DNA of 20,000 nucleotides from Rotaria socialis (Eukaryota): NCBI GenBank assembly GCA_905331295.1, contig CAJNYD010000292.1, positions 57,248 to 77,247 of the forward strand, read 5' to 3'. Shown piece by piece: positions 12,079 to 20,000 of this stretch (position 1 is its first letter; each line of letters starts with the position of its first letter). The notes under the pieces were generated by a model. It saw only the letters and a program-made list of their open reading frames with translations, ran no database searches and was not told where the DNA came from. The position numbers and the translations under genes were made by a program.

Positions 12079-12376
12079 ATGCAAACCACTGGAAGCTGTA
12101 CTGGATTATGAATTGAAACAAAATATAAGCATCGCTAAAATGAATTCGGCGGAAGTGAAAGAGAGACATACATTAGATGAATCTGCTGCCATCCATCTCT
12201 ATACGTGCTTCAACTTATTTGAGATCGATTTTCCAATTTATAGAATTTGAAAAATTACAGTGTAGTAAATATAAAATCAATCGTGATATTATTATGTTTT
12301 GCATTAACAGAATTCTGAGTGGAGTTTCGTTTTTATATTAATCGTAACTATCGAATGGGTCTTGTCACGGTTCATG

Positions 12377-12440
12377 TGAAACATTCTGCGTTCAAACGCG
12401 GTTGCGACGAAAACTGCGTCTAGGCGCAGTAAATGTTTCA
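12377..12440. repeat. GC-enriched imperfect inverted repeat with a nested hairpin
   Basis: TGAAACATTCTGCGTTCAAACGCGGTT (12377-12403) pairs imperfectly with AACTGCGTCTAGGCGCAGTAAATGTTTCA (12412-12440). The right arm holds its own hairpin, ACTGCG-TCTAGG-CGCAGT. Confidence 0.6.
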
Positions 12441-12650
12441 CCGGAGACGCGGGTTGTGTAGTATCACATCCACTCTGATTTATTTTTAAAAAAAAGCCAC
12501 TGTAGTTTACCAAACGTTCCGCTTAAAGTGACGTTACAAAATAATAGAAAATAAAATATCATCATACTTCATAGTATTAAAACGAGGGTTAGTTTAGGAA
12601 GTGAAATGTCAATAAAGAATGAAGACAACTATAATATAGAAACAGCTGTT

Positions 12651-15113
12651 TTAATAATTAAACAATGAACATATTTCAGATGGTGCCAATTCTCGACTAT
12701 AAACTCGTAATTCATCGATGATTCCATAATAAGAACCTGGTGACAGAGCTGGAGTTGCAACTAGGCATCCTGTTGATGCTGAACTTGCAGTTTTGTAATT
12801 TCCAACAGTCATATATGGTCGAGTTGTGAAAGCACTAGCAGAAGTAGGAAACGAATTAAAAGCAGCATTGGCAACAGTCAGTGTTCCATTGGTGTAGATC
12901 GCCATACCATTCGTCGAACCATATGTTACGACGATATGTGTCCATACGTTTATTGTCGTATTTGCTCCACCAATGCTAGTACTAGCATAACATGGACAAA
13001 AGACTCCACTAGCGGTATATGAATTGTACATATTGGCGATTAATTGACCTATTGAACTGAATCCGAGAAGATCAAAACAAGCTGTACCTCCACCATCAAT
13101 ATTAGTCGACAGATGAATCAGTGTACCACCAGCAACCGAAAACGGCTTTATCCATAACGATACGCTGAATGCTTCTGCAGTACTATACGCTGTGAATGCG
13201 AACGATTGAAAATAAGAAAGTGTTTGGTTGAATAGATAAGCTTCCTTAACGATGCCTGATATAGTACTTATTGAATTGGACATCCCATTAATAAAATTGT
13301 TACTAAGATCAAGATTTAATACACCAATGTCAAATGAATAATAGGCAGTAAGTATGGCATCATTCAAAATTTCACAAGCTGATTTAGCTGCACTTGATAT
13401 TTCCAGATTATCCATTTTCCCTTGAAAGTAAGCACCGGCTGCTGTTCGACCAATTAGAATATCACCTGAAATTCCTCGATATGGACCAGAGAGTGTTCGA
13501 GATCCCCATGTCGTTCCAATAAGCACTCCATTATAATAAACTGATTGCGCTTGTAAAGTATAATCATACACAAAAGCTAAATGATACCATGTAGTTGATG
13601 ATACCGTCAAAATAGTACCACTGGTGAGATCATCGTTGTAGAAACTAGAATATAAACGACCATTTTTGATACTCAAAGTCAAGCATTGATCAGTTGTTGT
13701 TGATGATTGACATTAGCTGAAAATACCTTGCTCAGTAGCCACAGTATTTAACCAGAACCATCTATGAGAGATACACGAATTTGTAAAGATAATATTCATA
13801 GTTTATATGTAACATCTAACATACCCTTCTATAGTCCAACTCTGATAACTGAGATTCAGGAATTGTGTATTCATAATAACATAATGACTTCCGTCGAATA
13901 CCAATGCTTGACCGATATTACCATCAACATAAGTAGCTGAAGCTGTTGTTGGAGTATAGGTGCCGTCGTATATGTGATTCAAATCATCCAAATTTCCATC
14001 GAATCGCCACAATGCAATGACGGAACTGTGATATGGTGTTCCGGACATCACACAGGTGGTAGCACATTTTAGTTGATTGAACGTGTCTTTTTGACAAAAG
14101 ATTAAAAGTATGTATTAAATTATATTAGAAAAAATCACATCATATATAGTTTAGATAGTTTTAACGAGTCTTTTTTACTATCTGAAAACCAAGTTTAAAA
14201 ATTGATACTGTCAACTGTTCATTTTATATCCTATTGTAATATCGAGCGAAAGAACAAATGTGTAAGTATCACTACTACATTACAATAAATACAAAATATC
14301 CACTATTTCATATCTACTCACTGGAACTTGTACTTGGGTGTCTATTTTTTACAGCGAAAAGCACGGCCAAAATTGCAATGGTAATAATTGCTAATCCGAG
14401 AACTAACATTAGAGAAGCTAATCCAATTGCGCTTGGTGTCGCTGTTCTATAAATATGAAGATGCTGCTTTTGAAAGCAACAGAATATAAATACAAAGGAC
14501 GCTTACAATGCACCCATAAGCTTTGTTTGAATCGAAACTGATTTTTGTGTGACTGCATCTTTCATTACGATCGTTTTTGACGGTATCCATGCTCCCTTTC
14601 GAAATAAAGGATAGCTCGGTGAAATAAGAGAGGGACCAAATGATGCTACAGGTACTGATACTGTTGGTTTTCGTATTACAATTGAGGATGAAGGTTGGTA
14701 TCGGCGAACTTTGTGTTGAGATAGATGATTAATAGGAGGTCCGCGTCGAACGATTTCTACTTGCGAAGATTCTAGTTCCACACTGTCTTCACTTGATACC
14801 AATGAACGTGTACTAATAGAAGAGATAGACTTCGTCTCATATGCATCGTCATCATCTCTCGAAGATATGTGAGTATTCTAAGAAAACAGTCATTCATTGA
14901 AAAAAATGGTTAAAATGTAAACTATAAAAGAATTCAATCGAACGTATTATATCAATGAGAAGGTTTAGATCTTCAAGCGTTCTAAATGAAAATTAGAAAC
15001 ATTGATATTCTTACATGCTCATAATGACGATGTTGACTTTGATGGTTAGAGTCAGGATGAAGTGATGGCAACTTTACTACTTTAAATGTTTGATGTCGTG
15101 TTTCTTTCGACAT
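12651..15113 (-). pseudogene. Type II membrane protein with two LamG/concanavalin A-like domains; 5 exons, one in-frame nonsense codon (null allele or young pseudogene)
   Basis: Exons 15113-15015, 14877-14507, 14446-14322, 14086-13825, 13761-12651 splice in phase (1968 nt). TM helix IGLASLMLVLGLAIITIAILAVLFAV. LamG motifs ALWRFDGN, SWTIEGW, WYHLAFVYD, YYNG, FQGKMDNL, FSVSLWIKP, WTHIVVTY, IYTNG, GIIDELRVYSREL. In-frame TAA at 13715-13713. Confidence 0.8.
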
Positions 15114-15983
15114 AATCACAGAACTAGACTTTCATACTAAATTGTCAGCGTGCGATGTTCATGAGTTTGGTTTGTTTCAACAAAATCCTATTTTAAATGG
15201 TGGATGCATTACACATAATATTTTCTTTCGTCTGCGACCGATATTGTTTGCCAGAAACCTTAAATGATTTTTTTCTTTTTAATGTTCTACTAATAAAAAC
15301 AATTTTAATTAATCTACTTTTGATTCAAATATTCTTATATTTGTTACTTCTCTATTTCAGCGATCGGTATATATTGTAATTCAATACATGAAGTGTTTCT
15401 ATGTTTTAGATGAAACTTATTGGCAGGCATTAGAACTGGCTCGCCGAAAATAAATTGACAAAGCCTACGTATTTTTTCATTCGCGCGAATTTGCATTCAT
15501 TCGTTAAGTTTGAAATGAATACAATTCTTTTTGATTGAGATTGATTATAATAAAAAATAGAGTGTTTGCATTACGTTGAAAAACAAAAAAGAAGTCGATA
15601 AAGTTCTTTTTCATTCTGATGTTTCTTGCATTATAAATAAAATACATGTATTGCGTATCATATATGTTTTTTCATAAAAAAAATAGCAGTGGAGATCATT
15701 AAATGCGATGAAGGTCACTTATTGATATTTTTATTCATCAGTAGCATTGATAGCCAAAGAGACTGACAATATCCCAGATGAGTTTTCATCAGTACTTACG
15801 AAAGTTGCGTTTGCCATAGTTAAATCATAAATTGCTTTATAACCCCTTACAAATTTCTCATTAATAATCTTTGAAATGAATATATTAAGACTGAATTTAA
15901 TCAATATTTTTCCTGTCACTGTTGCCATGAAAAAATTACATCTCAATAGTATTTGAACAGTCAATAATATGTAGAGTGCATGT

Positions 15984-16498
15984 CCCTAATAAGAACGGGG
16001 ATTTTTTATGTTCACGTTGTGACTGTCATATCTCTGTGATGAAATGAGTGAGGGAGTTGAAATTTTGCAGCAAAGTAGAAAAAATTATTTTCTATCTATT
16101 GGTGAAAAAAAATTTAAAAAAAGTTGAGAAATGATCGAGTTATGACCGGTAGTTTGAAGTCGACTGGTCCCGTTCTAAATAAATGCACTTTCCTCAATAA
16201 GAACGCTAATGTAAAAGTTGACCTCAATTAGAACGCACCAGCAAAATACATAGGAAAATCGTTATAATTCAAAAATTGTATCATATCTACTTCAAAAATT
16301 CTAAATCAACCAAAATTTTTGCTAGACAACTTGTTCATTATGTATTTTTCTATAATTCTACAAAGGTTCAACTGAATATGTTGTTCCGTTGATTAGATAT
16401 ACCCTTATGAAGTCCCATAAATTTCATCAAAAAACGTTCTAAATAAGTACATGTCCTCAATTAGAACGTTCACTAAAATCTGGTCCCTTATTAGAACG
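15984..16498. repeat. Array of 7 copies of a CCYYWATWAGAACG-type motif (putative transposase binding sites)
   Basis: Forward copies at 15984, 16192, 16222, 16455, 16485. Inverted partial copies CGTTCTAAATAA at 16171 and 16435. Confidence 0.8.
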
Positions 16499-16981
16499 GA
16501 TCCATACAAAATGCATGTAGATCACTAGATTTTATGTATTTTCGTTTTCATCTGCTGCACAACTTGAAAATTCATCATCAATTCTGGAACAAAAGTTATT
16601 CAGTTTTATTTTCTCTACAACATATAAGCGGTCTAGTCATTTTCGACTATGTATTTACTTTTATTTCTATTCTGTTTGAATACAAAAAATAAAATTAATA
16701 TAGTTCAACAAATAATCATTGATAACTTAATAACTATGATTATAAAACATATCTAAGTGTAATTATACAAAAATAGATAATTTCGATCGTTGAGAAAAAA
16801 AAGTATTACAGAAAAAAGCGAAATATTATATTAAAAACAGTTCGAAAACTTGAAATATGTGTAAACTATAATACATAATACATTATGTAGAAAGATAAAG
16901 TACTATTTGTTGTCAATCAATTTTAAGCTTTGTATAAAGATTGGCATAGAATAATTAATAACGAAGTTGTGATTCGTGATT

Positions 16982-19825
16982 TCATAGAAGTTGCGGTAAA
17001 GAATCAGAATCAGTTGCATCAGTAGAAGTCTAAAAGATATCAGAATGAGACAATATATACACATAGTAAGTAGTTATAATGTTACTTTGGTCTTTTTCGG
17101 TGCTCCTCTTGGTCGCTTCACCTTAGCGGCTTTAGCTACTTTAACTGCTTTTTTATCTTTCAATTCTTGAAGAAGACTACCACTTGTTATCTCTTCACCA
17201 TAACGACGCTCTGCTCGTACTCGTTTGTTAACAACGGGTGTTGGTGGAGGTGGTTGTATTTCTTGTAAGCAACTAGTGACAATTGAACGGACAGCAGATG
17301 TTGGACTAAATGGTGGTATTTCAATTGGAACAGATGTCAGCTCATGAAAAGTCTTTTCTGGTTCACCATGTAATTGATATATTTCATCAGATGAATCTAA
17401 GTTAAAACTATCCCAATTATCTTATATCAATATTAAAAATGAACAAAGCGGTACTTAGCGACTTGAAATCATTGTTATATTTCATAAATTTATTTGTTGG
17501 ATAATCTGGATTCGTAAGCGTTCGCTTGTTGTCAGGTGAATTGAGACCATATCTGAAGAAAAAAAACATTTTGAAAATGTCACAGTTTTTTGCTTACCCT
17601 TCGTTATCTTCCACTGGCATAATGATTCGAGCAGTTATACGACTAGACCATACACCATCAGTGTCTGTCCAAACACTACAGCTTAAAATTAATCACAAAT
17701 TATCTTGCACAATCATCATTACTTACGTATTCTCGTCCCATGTGGTAGAAGAAGCAGTTGTTAATGGATAGTTAAAAATAGAAACAGGATCATCTAAACA
17801 TATTGATATAGAGAACGATAAATCTTGATGCATCTGTGTTACCTAAAGAATAAAGTGCCATAGTTTTTGTTGAAGCAGGCATCGATCTAAAAATACTTTA
17901 TTAGTACATAGTCGTTTGAAAAAATTTCAGAAATCAATCTATTCATATCAAAAAAGATTTCAAACTGTGAGATGACTTTTTTTTAAAATTTTGTGCGTCC
18001 TTGAAAAAGTGATTTGAGATAGAACATTTGAAATTATTCTTAAATTTAGTTAATAGCAATAAAAGATCCACTCAACTATTAAATAACATGAACTCAATGT
18101 AGAGCACCCCGTGAAAATAATTACAACGGAAATAAATTTACCGAGGGCCTGTATTTGTTACTGCTTGATGTGTAACTTTTTCTGATTCTTGTGAAAATTC
18201 AATGTTCGATACAGATAAATTATTTCCATTGTCCATATGTAGGGTTGCACTAAAAATAGAAAAGAAAAATTCATAAATAGGTAGAGATCGTTAAATTTAC
18301 TCGATAGACTTTGATGTTTGTAATGCATTAATATTACGTGGTGGATCAATTGATGTTTGGACGCTTGTTTCTGACACAACATTGTTTGAAACATTTTCAA
18401 GTGCACTAAAATAATCTGAATGTTATATATGACACTGATTACGTTAAACACTATACTTTATTGATGTAGACGATGAAAATTTCGACGGATGATCTTTCTT
18501 TGCCACCTTCTCTTTCATTACATCACCGTCGAAAGGCCATAAACCACATCTGGCAAAACCAGATACACATTGCCTCTTGGTAAATGCTTCTTCCATTAAA
18601 TATTTCAAAAGAGATGGAAAATCGATTTTTCTTATTGTTTTTCGATTACTTCGGGAGAAATACTTCGACACGATTTTCTTCCAAAATTTTTTTGCCGAGC
18701 TATGGAAACGAAAGTTATATAAAAGATTATTTGTCACTTATACTAAATTCATACCTTAATGTTACAACATCGAGAGGTTGAAGCGCGTGAGTGCTATGTG
18801 GTGGTAAACATAGGAGGATTACTTTGTTCTTTATAGCCAATTCGATAACATCAATATTAATATGAGTGGGATGACTATCCATAACTAACAGCAATGGTCG
18901 ATCTATATGCTTTGTTCGTTCAAGAAAGCAACTCTTAAACCATTCTGTAAATAAACCTTCTGATATCCAACCAGATTCAGAGCACTTATATGTTGTACCA
19001 GGAGCACCACCAGAACACCAAAGTGAATTGACCGCCTTCGCAGCGTAGATAACAAAAGGTGGAATAACATCACCACTTGCACTAGTACATAAAAGTATCG
19101 TCGTGAATGCTTTTCCTGAGCCACCACTTTGTTCAAAAGCAAATTTTGTTTCAGCTGGTACGCAAACATATTCACCTATTAAAAATTTTAGAAAGTTAAA
19201 TTGAAACAAAATTAAAACTTACATTGAGTTTCGTCAGAAAAGCCGGATTCGTCACAGTTCCATATTTGAGCTGGTCGAACATGTAGATTGTTGATATCAA
19301 AAATATTTTTCAATTTATTAAACCAACCGACTCGTACTTCTTCAGTGAATCCGTTAAGACGAACTTTTTCTAATTTTATTTCTTTCTTCATTTTTATTTT
19401 ATCAGCATTCCGTTTGAAAAAATTGAAGAACCAATGTCGACTTGGATCACCTAAATACGAAATGCAAAAGAATTATTTCTCTAAACAAATAAAATTCACT
19501 TACTAATATTGTCACTATTTTGTTTATTGACCGCTCTAATAAAATCCCCAGCAATTTTCGATAGAGTTGTCTTTGTAAGTCGAATACCAATTGACTCCAG
19601 TTCTTTTAATAAAATCACTAAGTACTGTTCTTGGTCAATAGATAAGAGACTTGGATGACCTGACCCAACATAATTCTTTGCATTATTTTTGTGTTTCCGA
19701 ATCGTACTTTCTGGGACATCAAATTTTTTCGAAGCATCAACAGACGTCATACTTTTACTACGATAAGCTGAAATTGCATTACGAAAATCATCTAGGCTAT
19801 ATGTGACTCGACGTTTTTTAGTCAT
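16982..19825 (-). CDS. pogo-superfamily (Fot1-like) DD35D transposase: HTH-psq, CENP-B-type HTH, DDE_1 domain, long C-terminal extension; 11 exons, about 687 aa
   Basis: Exons 19825-19504, 19450-19223, 19175-18755, 18699-18457, 18405-18301, 18249-18162, 17842-17727, 17681-17598, 17552-17455, 17396-17086, 17029-16982 are all GT-AG and phase-consistent, with no internal stop. Motifs: ASKKFDVPESTIR, SRHWFFNFFKR, IWNCDESG, SESGWI, LLLVMDSHPTH, LPPHSTHALQPLD (35 residues between the 2nd and 3rd Asp), SGFARCGLWPFD. Exons 5-11 are less certain than exons 1-4. Confidence 0.88.
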
Positions 19826-20000
19826 CTCGAAATGGAAAAATAAGCTTAAATTCAAATAAAACCGTTATATTATTTATCATACAAGCATAATGACTGAAAA
19901 TAAAAATAAAAATAAAATCTAAAAGAATTCGAATTCGTAGTTCATCCATGCACACATGAATAGTCAAGAAAATCGTTGATGTTGAATTTTTGTGGACGAG

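Larger units (their letters stand above)
10901..12250 (+). pseudogene. Interrupted and truncated N-terminal part of an NAD(P)+-arginine ADP-ribosyltransferase-like gene
   Basis: Joining 10901-11009, 11270-11281 and 12081-12250 gives one frame: MAESKSINRLLVSNIRDESKQMLTPISGYERELLLSIEEACKPLEAVLDYELKQNISIAKMNSAEVKERHTLDESAAIHLYTCFNLFEIDFPIYRI*. The pattern PIxGYE...SxEEAxxPL...DESAAIxLYT matches my recollection of the N-terminus of the expanded bdelloid ART family. No catalytic region follows. Confidence 0.75.
15974..20000 (-). mobile_element. pogo/Fot1-like DNA transposon; one end at about 15974, the other end outside the window
   Basis: Transposase gene plus a terminus-like region that starts right after TA (15972-15973) with GAGTGCATGTCCCTAATAAGAACG and carries repeated copies of this motif. 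The matching TIR is not visible, so the boundary is inferred. Confidence 0.65.

Noticed and set aside
15984..16498. Repeated 14-bp motif as a CRISPR-like array
   Set aside because: Repeats are short, irregularly spaced and in both orientations, the context is eukaryotic and no cas genes are present. They fit a transposon end better.
17843..18161. 319-bp transposase intron as a nested MITE
   Set aside because: Only a 5-bp TACAT/ATGTA inverted match was found, too weak to call.
401..19506. Short ORFs such as 401-589, 1947-2135, 6273-6506, 8069-8401, 11152-11385, 11365-11568, 12304-12513, 14258-14452, 15197-15379, 15731-15964, 17526-17771, 18158-18451, 18577-18781, 18903-19175, 19288-19506
   Set aside because: They are antisense or off-frame shadows of real exons, or chance frames in repeats and AT-rich DNA, with no recognisable motifs.

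Overview
AT-rich eukaryotic genomic DNA with many 45-70 bp GT-AG introns. Gene content and intron size suggest a bdelloid rotifer (inference). Left to right: (1) an intact 11-exon VWA8 gene (+, about 1844 aa) whose MIDAS Asp reads Asn; (2) an intronless RDH12/WWOX-like SDR (-); (3) a strongly divergent RPL10A/uL1 copy (-); (4) a partial DNA-level duplicate of the VWA8 3' end, half decayed and half identical, next to a 222-bp tandem repeat split by an N (probably a scaffolding artefact); (5) a hidden ADP-ribosyltransferase-like gene fragment whose frame is restored exactly when two adjacent CACTA/CMC-type non-autonomous elements are removed; (6) a type II membrane double-LamG gene (-) broken by one nonsense codon; (7) a pogo/Fot1-like DD35D transposon with an apparently intact 11-exon transposase (about 687 aa) and a structured terminal region. 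All gene models were spliced by eye and no database search was run. I see no convincing new multi-gene system. The most notable signals are the intron-rich transposase, the doubly interrupted ART fragment and the divergent uL1.
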